Source of the DNA: Ministeria vibrans ATCC 50519
Taxonomy: Eukaryota > Protista > Filasterea
Length of the DNA: 43,625 bases
Direction: 5' to 3'
Assembly: GCA_943704425.1 (NCBI GenBank)
Contig: CALSCP010002090.1
Span: 1-43,625, forward strand
Part shown: positions 23,508-36,141 of the stretch, one piece after another
How the letters are laid out: each line of letters opens with the position of its first letter
How positions within the stretch are numbered: position 1 is the stretch's first letter
Notes under the pieces: generated by a model
The model's input: only the letters and a program-made list of their open reading frames with translations
Told to the model about the DNA's origin: nothing
Database searches by the model: none
Made by a program: the position numbers and the translations under genes

Positions 23508-23709
23508 CAAATCATAATAATAACAGAATAAATATTAATAAAAATAATTATATAATTTTATTATTATTATAATTATTTTTTATTTTTATTATTGTTATTA
23601 TTATTATTATTATTATTAGTTGGAAATGATAAAATATAAAAATATTTTAATTAAATTATTATTATAATAATTATTAGAATAAATAAATTAATATTAATAT
23701 ATTTTTTTA
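23508..23709. repeat. Extremely AT-rich (ATT/TAA)n spacer between convergent stop codons; probable shared 3'-end region
   Basis: Directly visible; includes AATAAA. Confidence 0.8.
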
Positions 23710-25899
23710 TTATTGGCGTTGTTTGGCTCCTGACGGCGCTGCGCTGTTGGTCTTGACGGGCGCTCTCACAATGCGCTTGAAGAGGGACAGTTTGGTGTCA
23801 AAATCGAGCTGTTCGGGGCGTGACGGGAAGAGCGCCTCGGAGTCGCCACGACGGTACACACGACGCAGTGTACCCTGCCACGTCTTGCCATGTGCGCCCT
23901 CCATCACCTTGTGGAAGTCTTGCTTTGCCTGCTCGTCCAGGTGGTCGGGTGCGTGCTTGTCGTTGACGTGGCTCAGGCGCTTCGTATGCATGGCTGGCTG
24001 GCTCTTGCGACGCCCGCCGGCGCCCAAGCCAGCCTCCGCATGGCTTGACGGTCGCACTGGCATGCGGTCGTGGAATGTCACTACCTCAGTGGGTGCTTCA
24101 TGATGCGGGTTCGAGGAGACGCTCGTGCGTGCCGATGGTGCGGCGTCGCCAGAAGCAGTCGCATCGGTGCTCGTGCGACTCGAACGCCACTGATTGGACG
24201 ACGCGTTCGCCGACGCATCTGCCGTGAGGGCTCTCGACAAAGGACGCTCGATGCCAATGGTGGTTGCCGCACGGGCGACGCGCTTGCCCGCTCCCGACGC
24301 CATATCCAGCGATGACGATGACGACGCAGCCGACTCGGGCAGAGTGTGCGTGTTGTCAGTGGAAGTCGACACGGACGAGCTGCTCCGTTCCACCGCCGCC
24401 TTTTGCATTTTGTTTTGCTTCTCCAGCGCTCGCTTGATCAACTTTAGTTCGGCAATCTCGGCCTTTTGCGAGTCAACCATCTGACGCATGGTGAGCAGTT
24501 CAAGACCGAGCTCGAGACGCGTGCGTGACTCGCCTTCGCCACGCTGCGTCGGCTCCGCCAACACTTCCTCTGCCTGCTCAACGGCCGCCACGTCGTCAAG
24601 CTCGTCGATGTCGCCCACCAGCTTGTTGAGCTGCGACTCGGTCGCAATAGAACGCACCTGTTCCTGCAGCAGCAGACGCAGTGCATGGTCCGCGTCGTAC
24701 ACATCCTTGACTGCCTTGAGCTTGAGTGTGCTCTCGCGCGCCGCTGGCAACTCATCTTGCACCTGCTCATTAGTAGTCTTCGTCAGCTTCTCCAGGTCGT
24801 CAATCACAACCGAGGCAGCGGCAACCGAGCGCTTCGCATTCGAGTACGCCTCCTTCTTCTCCACAAGCACACTGTGCTCCTTGCGCAGTAGTGCCCCCAT
24901 CTGCTTGAGCTCTTCGCGCAACTCTTCGCGCACCTCCTCTGGAAAGTCACCCTCTTCAATCTGCGTGCCCACTGTCTGCATCTTCTTCTCAATCTGAAGC
25001 ACACGGTCCTCGTGTCGCTTCACACTGCTCTTCATATGTGCCAGCTCTTCCTTCCGCCCCTCCTGCGACAGGCGCTCTTCGTCAAGCATGGCGACAAAGC
25101 GCGCTCGTCGCGCCGCATACTCCTCCGCGTTGCGCGGATCGTCAAATGTATTCTTCTGCTTCAAATGATTGATAAAGTACAGACCAACTTGCTTGTCGAC
25201 GCAATAGTCCCATCCGTACGGTAAGTCTGAGTGAAACAACAACAACCCCCCCACACACACACACACACCAAAAAAAAAAACAAAGCAAAAACAACAAGAG
25301 GCATTAGAGGCACTGGGCAGACACCTATGTGTAGGCTGTACCTTGAGGTCCGCGATTGTGAGTAGGAGAGTCTCTTGGATCGATCCAGCTCGACTGTCGT
25401 TTGTTGTGACTATCAACAAGAAGGGAAATCGGTTGAGGCAAGCAACGCAGAGCAGAGCAACAGAGGGGGAGGAAGGGGGTGGGCGGGGATTGCAGTAGAA
25501 GGAACGGCGCGCCCAGCACGCACGCCACAGGCACGACGGGGGGCGCTGTCTTTGCGTGATTCCTCGGCACACGTCAGTGGACACCAGCTCTGCCGTCGAC
25601 ACAGGCCCCAAACGCACAGATACAGACGCAGCACCGCGTACACCGGACACCCAAAACAACCAGCAATGCAATGGGCGGTGTTTCAAGCGCCATTGCGGCA
25701 AGGGGCGCGCGAGAGAGCGCGCGAGGAAAAAAGAAAAAGAAACGCATATTCTGTGCACTGCTCGAACTTACTCGAGAAAGTACGTTTTAGCATCCTCCGT
25801 TGATCTCTCCTCCCATCCTTCAGGAAGCGGTTGCTTCTTCCATTCAGGCGTGCGAACTGGCGGAGGCTTAGACTTGGTTCTCTGGACGGGGTGAGACAT
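23710..25899 (-). CDS. KIBRA/WWC-like WW-WW coiled-coil protein (compact, about 570 aa)
   Basis: Exons 25899-25772, 25409-25342, 25226-23710. WW1 PLPEGWEE...TYFLDHNKRQSSWIDPRD; WW2 LPYGWDY..DKQVGLYFINH..KNTFDDPR. KIBRA-like C-terminal RTRLELGLEL...EIAELKLIKRALE and FDTKLSLF. Confidence 0.8.
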
Positions 25900-26035
25900 T
25901 TTGAGAGTAGGAAAAAAAGTGAAAATGTTTAAGTTTTAACCGACTGATATACTACTAATTCCTACTCATGGAAATATCATTAATTATCAATTATCAAGTC
26001 AATACTCATTCCTTTCTTTTGATCGCGTTTGTAAC

Positions 26036-26112
26036 ATGGACAGAAAAGCAGAGCTGGAGAGGAAGCGAGAGAAGCTGAAAGAGCTGAAAAAGCAACGTGA
26101 AGAACGAAAGGT

Positions 26113-26147
<35 letters not shown>

Positions 26148-27975
26148 AACCAGTCTTCTGTTGTAGGCTCCACCGCCATCCTCAAACACAGGCGCCTCTG
26201 CGACAGCTCCGGAGACAACGACACCGGCAGCAGGTGCAGGGGCGGCCGACGTCGACGAGCTTGTGGCTTCGTTGATCGGCGTTTCAAAGGGGACGTCGAG
26301 TGAGACGGGCGCCCCAACGACCGCTGCTGCTGCTGCTGCTGGCCCCGAGGAGAGTTGCGCGACGGACGCCGCTGCCGGCGCACCGGGGGACGGCGATGCA
26401 GCACATACAGTTGCGACGGCGCGACGTACCGTCGAATTGACGACCACTGCGGTGCAAACGGTCGCTGACATTGCTCCGCGCCCCGTTGAAAAATACACAA
26501 AGGAGTGCCAGACAACGGTGACCGTTGACCCGTCGCGCACCGATGTCGTTCTTGAAGGCGACGCCTCTCTTGGCGGGGCTGGTAGTGGTGGGCTTGACGG
26601 CGGCAATGACCACGACGACGACAACGACGACGACGACGACGACGAGATTCAACTTGGCTCAACCAGTGCTCTTGGGGATGCCAGTGTCCTCACCGACGCG
26701 GATGCCTCGTCATTCACCGCAGGTGGTGGTCTTGACGTCACTCTTAGTGACGAGGCTGCTGCTGTTGCTGCGGCTGCCACAGCGCCTGTCCAGGTGATGA
26801 ACGACGAAGAACGCACGGTGCTGGAGAGCACTGACACATATCGAGCCTTCTTCGAGCGTGCATCACTCATGGTGGAACGAGCATTGTCGGGTGGGTATGA
26901 TGTTGCAGTAGACTACCGCGCGAACGAGGAGGAGGAAGAGATATCGGGTGATGGCATGCGACTGTCACTGCTCAATGCCTTTTCAGACGAGCGATGGTCG
27001 CGCCATCGTGGCGTCACCTCCCTCGACATCTCGACACGCCACCCCGAACTGTTCTGCGCATCGTACAACCAGAATCCCGAGGCACCGCACGAGCCCGAGG
27101 GCTGTGCGCTCGTCTGGAATACACACATGTACGACCGACCCGAGTTTGTCTTCACGTGTCAGTCCCCCGTCCTCAGTGCGACCATGGCCAAGTTCCACCC
27201 CAACCTTGTCATTGGCGGTACTTACTCGGGCCAGCTGGTGCTGTGGGACAACCGCGCCAAGCAGACTCCCGTTCAGCGCACCCCCCTCACCGCCTCGTCA
27301 CACACCCACCCGGTCTACTGCGTCTCCATCGTTGGCACGCAGAATGCACACACACTCGTGACTGCCTCGACCGACGGCCACATGTGCTCGTGGACCCTCG
27401 ACATGCTCAGTGAGCCCCAACAGTCGCTCGAGCTGCACCACGCTTCCGAGAACCGTCAAGACAGCCGTCGCATTGCCGTCACGGCTCTCTCGTTTCCCGA
27501 CAGCGACATCAACAACTTTGTCGTGGGCAGCGAGGACGGCAACGTGTATCTCTCGTCGCGCCACAATGGTATTAAGGCAGGCGCCTGCCTGCCCTTCCCG
27601 GGTCACGCCGGTCCCGTCACCGACGTTCACTTCCATCCACCAAACTCCGACAACACCGACCTTTTCATCACTTCCTCCCTCGATTGGACCGTCAAGCTCT
27701 GGAGCTCAAGAGTACGAAGAATTTTTTATATATATGTTGAAGCATACTAATCGCTTACCGTTTCTCCTACGTATTTGAATAGTCACCGGCTCAGCCAATT
27801 CATAGCTTTGAATCGGCGAGCGACTATGGGTTTGGGGCACGGTGGTCGCCAACCAACCCGGCACTGTTTGCTGCGGTCGACGGCAGTGGCCACCTCGACA
27901 TGTTCAACATTAATCGCGATCTGGAGGTACGCGTCTAGTCGACAGTCCATCTGTCACTTGCACAGACACAACACG

Positions 27976-28007
<32 letters not shown>

Positions 28008-28377
28008 ATTATATAATTATATATATATAATTATTATAATACTATACTCTTTTATTCTTGTCCCCCTTCCTTTCTCCTTTGTCGTTCTCTTTCCCTCTCG
28101 AAAACTCTTTCACGCTCTGTGGTTGTAGATGCCAGTACATGGCGTTGTCGTTGACGGTGCACCTGCCCTGAACACGCTGCGGTGGACTCACGACGGCAAT
28201 CGGGTTATCACAGGGGGATCCGACGGCCGTGTGTTCCTCTACGATGTCGGCGACCGCATTGCGTCGGCGCGTCCTGACGAAGGCATGCGTCTGAAGCAGA
28301 CCTTGAAGGATCTGGCCATGGCCAAGCAAGCGACCGAGGCAATGCCTGCTGGCGCGGCTGAGGGCGGCTCTCGTTAG
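26036..28377 (+). CDS. DYNC1I: Cytoplasmic dynein 1 intermediate chain
   Basis: Exons 26036-26110, 26167-27711, 27783-27926, 28129-28377. N-terminal RKAELERKREKL, YTKECQT LC8 site, WD40 motifs IGGTYSGQLVLWDNR, HTHPVYC, FVVGSEDG, TSSLDWTVKLW. Confidence 0.95.
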
Positions 28378-28513
28378 GAGCGAGAGAGAGAGCACGAAAG
28401 TGTTTTGTTTTTTGTGTTTTGACTATACAATCTTCTTTTTCAATTAATAACAAAGTATAATAAGATGTTTATAGAATATCTACATTGAAATAGTGTACAC
28501 ACATAAGTGGGTG

Positions 28514-31015
28514 CTACCGACGCGAGGCAGGTGGCGGAGGAGGAACAGCGGAGCCGGTAATGGGGGGCCGGCCGCGCGAAGAGATGGCAATGGCGGACTG
28601 CTGATGGAAGAGCTGCTGCTGCTGTTGTTGTTCGCGCTCGCGTCGTTGAAAGGCGGCTTCGCGGCGGACGCCCGGAAGTTGTTGCTCAGCTGCTTCGGGA
28701 GGCGGTGGTGGCAAAGGGTCGTCGGCGTGACGGCGACGCGCGGGCGTGGCACTCATGGGCTGGGCGGGGCTTGACTCGGCGCGGCTGCGACGGGGCAAAG
28801 GAGGAGGGGGACCGCCGTTTGGGTCGCCCGCACCGAGGTAGACTGAATCGACAGAAGTGAGGCTGCTGGGAGGCGTAAAGATGGAATGGGGATTGCTGTC
28901 GATGGAAGAGGCGAGAGAGCCCACACCGACGCTGAGAGGGGGCGACGGAATTGACGTGGACGCGCGAGGACGACCGTCAGTGCTCTCGCAAAGAGGGTGC
29001 CGGTGAGGTGATGGATACTGTTGATGTGGGGTGGCAGTGAGCTGACTGACACTCCGTTCGCGTTGTTGCGCATGCGGCACAGCTGGAGGCTGTGATTGAG
29101 TGCGACGGGCGGCGGCCGGATCATCAGCGCTGATGCGACGCACAGCAGCGACATGCGAAATGCGTGGGTCGGGTGGCGAGGTCGAGAGCGAGGAGGAGGC
29201 TTCGTCGACGTCGAGCGAAGCGGAGGTACTCAGCTTGGGGCGACGTCCAAAGAATGATCGTTGACGCGTCACCTCCTTCGTGGAGGCGCCCGCCACGGGT
29301 GATGGGGCTGGAGAGGAGCTGTTTGACGAGGTGCTGCCCTTGCGCAGCGTAAGACTACGCAACTTGAAAATGCCCGACGAGGAGCGCGAGCGAGTGTCGC
29401 CACTGGACGCGCCTGGCGACGACGATGACTGATGAACATTGGCCGACGAAGACGAAGTGCCGCCTGCAGCACCATTGCCACCACCCCCACCACCGGCGCC
29501 CGGACCACCCACCGAAGACGCTCGGTTGCCACTGCCCATTTCGGAGCTGAGCTTCTGGAAGATAAGCGCGGTGCCCCTGCCCTGGCCAAAACGACGTGCC
29601 AGTTGCACGTGCAAGGGGTTCTTTGAGAGCGCCGTCTCGTGAATTTCGTCGCCGCTGAAGGCGCCCTGGATCATTTTGCCTTGCACCGTCAGCAGATGAT
29701 ACCAGTTTCGGACGTTCTCGGGCTCGCCGGGCACGCCAAAGAGAGGGTTGACGTCGCGCACGAGCAACTGGAAGCAATCCAACTCAATGTTGGTGCGTTC
29801 AATGTCGCTTCGATGGAACATTTTCACCTGTTCCTGACCGGCACTGTCGAGCAGCAAAACACACTCGACGGAGACGAGCAGCTGAGCCATTTGCATGCCC
29901 ACCGAGCCCTTTCTGCCCATACCAGTCTCGGCTGCGTCGCGTGTAGGAGTGGCCACGGGTGCACCAGTCTCGGGATCGGGCACAAACGCAACGGTGAACA
30001 TGTGGACAAGGGCCGCGCGCTGCTCCTGAGCCGACGAATCGGCACAGCCCACAGCATCGTCGCGCGCCCGATAGCAGCAACTCCACTCACCGCACAGAAA
30101 CGCCCCCGGATGGTACTTGTCCAGAATACAACCACCGTTGCGTTCGCTCAAGAAATTTCGCAATGAAGACACCCAATGGTCTCGAACCTACAGCAAAGTG
30201 CAAAAGTGGGAACGGTACGGGTTGGAACAGTTACCACAAAAAAAAAAAAAGCGAATGGACGAAGAAGGAAGAGGAGAGAGCCGGTGGGGAAACGGTAGGT
30301 AAGGAGAGGCGGGTATGGGGGATCGGCGAGGGTGGGCGGGGAGACTCAAGAGGGGCGGGAAGTACCTGGTCCGATCCCGTGTCGAAGTACAGAACGTTAT
30401 CGAGCGTTGCTGTCTTGTGGATGATCTGGAAGGCACACACGGCCGCGTCGCCAAACACGAGGTCGTCGACATTCTCGACGAGGGCGATCGTCTGGATGGG
30501 CGCCAGAATCGGCGGGAGGGGCCCAGTTGAGTTGGAGGCGGGAAGCACTTCAAGGTGGTCACTGTGCAGCGTCACCTGTCGCTCACACCACTCCTTGGCC
30601 ACAAGAGACTACAGAGAGGGCAAGACAGCGTGCCACACACACATGCTGCGTCAGAACCAGACACCTGCACTTCACACACCGCTGGCAAATCCACAAGATC
30701 TCTTCCCTTTTTTTTTCTTTCGTTTTCTTTTTTTTTTTTTTTTTTTTTTNNNNNNNNNNGGTGGTTCGGGCATGAGCACGACAATTTCGTTTGCAAGCGC
30801 CGGCACCCATCGATACAGATCAATCTGGTTAACGAAAAGAGACTTAAATACTATGAGGAGAGGCGTCCAAGAAAGAGATGGGGAGCAATGGGGCGTGGGA
30901 GAGTGTGAGGAAGAGGCAGACGACCCAGGCAGGAGCAGGGGGAGCGTGAGGGCGAGAAATCGGTCGGTACCTCTCGAACGCGGAGCGTTGCCCGCAACGC
31001 TCGTGCGTCTCCCAT
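28514..31015 (-). CDS. PH + Btk zinc motif + IRS/Dok-type PTB-like domain + Ser/Pro-rich tail adaptor protein; about 653 aa
   Basis: Exons 31015-30971, 30608-30366, 30187-28514, all phase 0. PH: KEWCERQVTL...FQIIH...VRDHWVSSLR. Btk motif: KYHPGAFLCGEWSCC...GC. The PTB-like segment is a weaker call. PPPLPRR and PLPPPP motifs. Confidence 0.72.
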
Positions 31016-31297
31016 CTGTGATTAACCAAACGTCAAGTGAGAAGTCAGAAGTGTCGGCCGCGCGTAACAGAGCAAGACGCGATGAAATATTTGATCGGAG
31101 AGTTGAGACTTTGAGAGTTTCTCAGGAGAGAAAGCCAGAAAGGAAGTTTGTGAGTTCGCGAGTTCAAATCCATTGATGTCGCAACCGACTGTCGTTCAGC
31201 CGCTCAAACCCTTCACACGACTTGAACGGTTTTGTCTGCTCCATTGCCAAATCACCAGGGAGTGAATACGCTTCACTTTCTCTATCATTTTACTATT

Positions 31298-31313
31298 CTT
31301 ATAATAATTATTA

Positions 31314-31380
<67 letters not shown>
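31298..31380. repeat. (ATT)n microsatellite downstream of the TBC gene stop codon
   Basis: Directly visible. Confidence 0.95.
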
Positions 31381-31387
31381 GATAGTT

Positions 31388-34291
31388 TCAGTCGTCATCA
31401 TCTTCCTTGCGGTTGTCCGTACGCTGCAACATAAACTCACGACGCTGTTCCTCAAGCTGGTCCTGCTCCTCCCTCACTTTACGCATGTGGTACTCGCGTT
31501 TCGCTTGGATCTTGGCAATGGGGAACGGGTTCAGATCGACAAAGGCAACCTAAACGAAACAACAGATTATCAGTTTCGATTATGCGTCCATCTTTTTTTT
31601 TTTTGCCTTTGTCATCTTCTCGTGATCCCACAGGTCCAATCCAACTCCTTTCAGTGCCCCAAAAAGAGACCAGGTCTCGTTGATTTTGATCAGTCGTGTT
31701 TCGGCTATTTTCAGGATGGCTACACAGAGACAAAGTCAGCGGCAGGGACAATGAGTCGGGTTTAACAACAACACAGTAAATTTCCATACCAATGGCATAA
31801 CGAAACAGTGGCTTTTGACCCTCGTACATGAACGTGTCCCAAATACGCAGCATAGTCTATCAGTTTAGTACAACGTGTGGAGTGTGAGTCAATGATTGTG
31901 AGGTAAATGCGTTTGTTTGCGTGTCTCTCTCTATCTCTTTGTTTCTCGATATCACTTGACAAACTCGCTTCTCTCTCTATTACTTTGTTTCTCTATCGAT
32001 CGACTTTTGTTTCTCTCTCTCTCTATCTATCTATCCCCTCTCCCTCCTCTCTATCCTCTCTATCTTCTCTCCCTATATATTTATGGTGTGACTCGTACGG
32101 GAGCGGGGACGGCATCGGCAAAGACAGTGAGGAGCCAGTTGAACGTGATAAGGGTGAGATCAACCTGATAATGCTCGAGGTGTTGTGACAGACGCGGACA
32201 CTTCTCAGTAAGAGTGTCGCGTAACACACGTTGATCTATGATAATAATTATAGTTGTTATTAATAAAAATAATAATTATTATAATAATAATAATAATAAT
32301 TATTATTATTATTATCAAATTTTGAGAGAATATCTGAAGGAACTCTTTAAACGTACCCGCCTGGCTTGTGGTGAGAGTGAGACTGTAGTAGGAAGGAGGC
32401 ATGAGATGCTCGACAATGCACATAAGTCCCCAAAAGGCGTCGTCTTCGTCAAGGTAGAGCAGCAGAACTGCTGCAAGGAGGTTCATTCCTTGGCAGTAGC
32501 GTACCTCCACGTCGTGCCAGCTGTAGGCGCGCAGCACACGTCGCAGTTTGCTAATCATGGGACTGTCGGGACGCGAAAACTGGACGTTGCCCGGCAGTGT
32601 GCGCATGAGATCCAGCTCAATTTGCTTCGTTGCCTTGCTCTCGTCCCGCTTGTGTGTCTCCAACAACTCCCGATAGTAGTTTGAGCCGTAGCGCTCGCGC
32701 TCCTTGCGCACTCGAAAGTTGACGCAGCTGAGCCAGACCTTGCCGCGGTACTCGCTGGGGATGCCACTACGTACCAGCTGCTTGAGCTCGGTGGTGCGCG
32801 GGTAGTCGCCACGCTGCGCCTTGCCCGCCTGGTGGTACGCCTGCCACTTGCGCAGTCGGTCCGCATCTGACGTGTCCCCCTGTGCCGTGTAGTACTTCTT
32901 GATGGGGTTCAGTAGCGCACCCAATCCCAAATTGGCCGTGTCTCCCGCTCTCTCGTCCATTGCCGTGCCCAACAGCGCCGGATCTTCGGGCATGATACGC
33001 TCCTGAAACCCATTGGCGTCGTAGCCGGAGGCAGTGCTCGCCGACTGGCCTGCCAACGCCTGCGACAACAACAAACGAATGTCGGCAATGTTGTCGGGCG
33101 TCACAATCGCACTCGCAACCATGTCGTCGGCGGCCGACGCCGGCTCGTGCTGCTTTACTCCTCCCCCCTCTTCTTCGTCGGTCGCAGCAGTGGTGGTGGT
33201 CGTGGTGGCCGCGACAGCGGGCTCGTCAACATTGCTACCGCTACTATTCGTGGTCATGTTCGCCTGCGACATGCCCATAGTGCGATTGAGCAGCTGTAAG
33301 TACGCTGTACGCACCCGTGCCATCTGGTCATCCTTCTCCTTCAGCCGCGCCTCCATCTCGCTGACCGTACCAGCAAACTCGGCACCCGCATGCTCTTTGA
33401 ACTCCTTGAGCTCGTTAAACTCCTCCATGAGAATTTGCGCCTTGCGCTGCATCGTCTCAACCTCCTTGCGTGCCGCTTGAGCATCACTGCGCGCCGCCTG
33501 CGTTGCCAGATTTGCTCGTGATAGATCTGCCGAGGAGCCCAGACGACTTCGGAGCGTAGTCAGTTCGCTACCTTGCTCCTCGACAATGGACTGCAGTCGA
33601 GCATTCTCATCGGTGAGGAGCGTGGCGTGCGCATTGAGCGACTCGACCTGCTCGCGAAACGTGTCCGCCTCGAGCACTCGGTCCCGTTCCACCTGGGCAC
33701 ACTGCGCCTCAAGCATTGCAATGCGCTGCTCCCGCTCAGCAAGCACCGACGCGCCTTCTTCCGCCTCGAGTGTCCCAAAAAGCTCGCGTGACGACTTTTC
33801 CAGTTCAAGATTGCGAAGGGTGACATAAAGTTGTTCAAGCACATCGTCACGTGCCTGCACTGCCTCGTTGGCACGCACAAGCTCCTCGCGGAGCGTATTC
33901 ACATCGTCGTGGTCCTGCGAAAAGGCCTTGGCCACCTTTTTGGAAGGCTCCACAAACCCTTTGCTCCACATCATTTTGAAGGGGTCCACCATAATCTTGG
34001 TGGTCATAGACTTTGGATGTGAGAGTGAGCTCGAGCCGGCCTTGGGCGTGTGTTGTTGTTGCTTGCCCGAGGAAGCGCCTGCCGTCAAGCCAGCTGCCGA
34101 GCCAGTGCTGAGGCGCGCGCCAGGGTTGTTGTTGTTGCTCGACGCGCGACCTTTTTCGCGTGTCGTGGAGGGCGTACGCGAGAGCGACTGAGGCGACACG
34201 CTGCTTGCTGTAGGTGAGGCGGCCGGGTGAGACAGCGACGACGACGATGACTGTGGAGACATTGTAAAAGGCTGTGCCACTCCTGCTGTTG

Positions 34292-34322
<31 letters not shown>

Positions 34323-35776
34323 TGTTGTTGTTGTTGTTGTTGTTGTTGTTGGTGGTGCTGGGGATGCGGTGCGATCGGTGGGGCAGCTTGAGGAGGCGAC
34401 GGAGCGTGTTTCGGAGGGGGAGGATACGCTGGGAAGGGCGTTGTTGGTGGTGATGATGGGCTGGTCGTTGTCATAGATTTTGGGCATGGAGACGCCACCG
34501 CAGTGAAGATGATGGCCACCTTCGGAGGCCTTGAGAGACGCTGCAGCCATGGTGGCAGGGTCATTGGCGTTGTGGGCTGTGGAATCTGTTGATTCGTGGT
34601 ACGACATGGTGGCGGCACGGGCAGCGGCAGCAGCAGCGGCGGCAATGCTGAAGCCTGTGGGGACCAAAATAGGAGAGGGTTCGCGAGGGGCAGCAGCATT
34701 GCTGGAGGTTTCAGAGGGAGGTACGCTTGTGTTGATGGGTGTGGAGGCGACTAGAGCGACGGGCACAGGAATGGGTGCGACTATCGCCTCGACTGGCTTG
34801 GCGGATGTCGTTGGTGCTGGCGAAGTGACACGCCCCACTGCTGTAGCCGTACTCAGTGTTGCCATCATGGGAGTGCATTGCATGGGTGGGGGTGTGGCAG
34901 ATGGAGGAGGGCCGTCGTGGCGAGTGTCGTCGTCAGCGTGTTGATGCTTCTCAGGTGTAGCCTTCGTAGCGGCGCCTCCGTCGTCGTCGTCGTCATCATC
35001 ATCATCAACTTGGCTCGCCGCATCGTCGGCGGACGCAACCGAGCGTGGAGGCAATGGCAAAGCCCCAGCTGTCCGAGAGCGGTTGAGGTGGGGCGCTGTG
35101 CCTCCAGCAGCCGCTGCCGCACGCTGGTTGTAGCCTCGACGACGCTCCTGCAGCGCAGTGATCCACATGAGCATTTCACCGTTGTCCTTGGCACGTAACC
35201 TCCAGTCGCGGCCGTCCGTGCTGTCGACAAGCGAAAGAAGAAGAGGAGAGAAAAAAAAAAGAAAAAAAAAAGGTTTCGGCAAAAGTGTTGACAACATTTG
35301 AAAGACGTACGAGACGATAAAGTGACCTTCGCCGTGTGTTTCGTGTTCCTGATCAAACGAGAAGGATGCGGACGAGATGTCGATGGAGCTGGAGCAGGAG
35401 ATAAGGGTTAAAAGACGAATCATGAGTTTTTCTCGGCTGTGCGACAAGCAAAACAAATAATCAACGATTTGGCGTACCCTTGAGCATCGCGGTCCTTGTC
35501 TGACTTGTAGTAGTAGAGGCGACAGTTGTTGGAGTCAAACAGAAAGTAGCGCACCTTCCAGGTTTTGACGAGGCCCTTGGCGCCGAGCTACGGGCAAAAC
35601 ACGGTTAGGGTTGGGGTTAGGGTTAGGGTTAGGGTTAGGGGGGGTTGCAGGGGGGCGGGAAGACACACGGGGGTGGCGGCTCTACCTTCAGGAGGGAGCC
35701 CTCGAGCTTCTCGTTGTGGGCGTCAGGTTGAGGCGCTTCCTGCAAATGCGAGAGAGAGAGAGAGAGAGAGAGGAGG

Positions 35777-35810
<34 letters not shown>

Positions 35811-35871
35811 TAGAGTTGCGTTTGGTGAGGGTGAAAGATGAACGACGAAGGAAGACGTGTACGTCTGCCAT
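31388..35871 (-). CDS. TBC1D2: TBC1D2/Armus-like Rab-GAP: PH + low-complexity region + coiled coil + TBC domain
   Basis: Exons 35871-35863, 35739-35686, 35587-35478, 35388-35311, 35220-32357, 32235-32099, 31856-31790, 31719-31607, 31549-31388. PH: KLGAKGLVKTWKVRYFLFD. TBC: LVRSGIPSEYRGKVW, QIELDLMRT, YCQGMN, LRIWDTFMYEG, AFVDLNPF. Confidence 0.88.
35605..35640. repeat. Interstitial telomere-type repeat (TTAGGG)x6, one variant unit, inside TBC intron 2
   Basis: ttaggg ttgggg ttaggg ttaggg ttaggg ttaggg. Confidence 0.9.
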
Positions 35872-36141
35872 TGAAGAGCAGGGTGAGACACAGAGAACGG
35901 AAGGGAGAGAGAGAGAGAGGTTGTTGAGGAGGTCCGAATCAAGAAAGAAGGGAGAGAAAAAAAAATTAGCAAATGCCAAATAGCCAAATTGAAAATAAAC
36001 AAAGAAGGTTTGAGTTAGTTTGGATTCTAAACGACTAGGGAAGGACATTCTAATGAAAGTGTCAAAGTGAGTAACTAGCAAGTGACTGTTCACTGTACTG
36101 ACTACTGAAGAGCGTGGAGAGATTGTAGGCGCAATGCTTTA

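Noticed and set aside
23505-23513. Stop-codon readthrough at TAG CAA masking the PTS1
   Set aside because: Context is not the full CAR-YYA motif and the extension is AT-rich noise.
30790-30851. Extra cassette exon in PH-Btk intron 1
   Set aside because: Direct exon 1 to exon 2 splicing already gives a contiguous PH start; no supporting motif.
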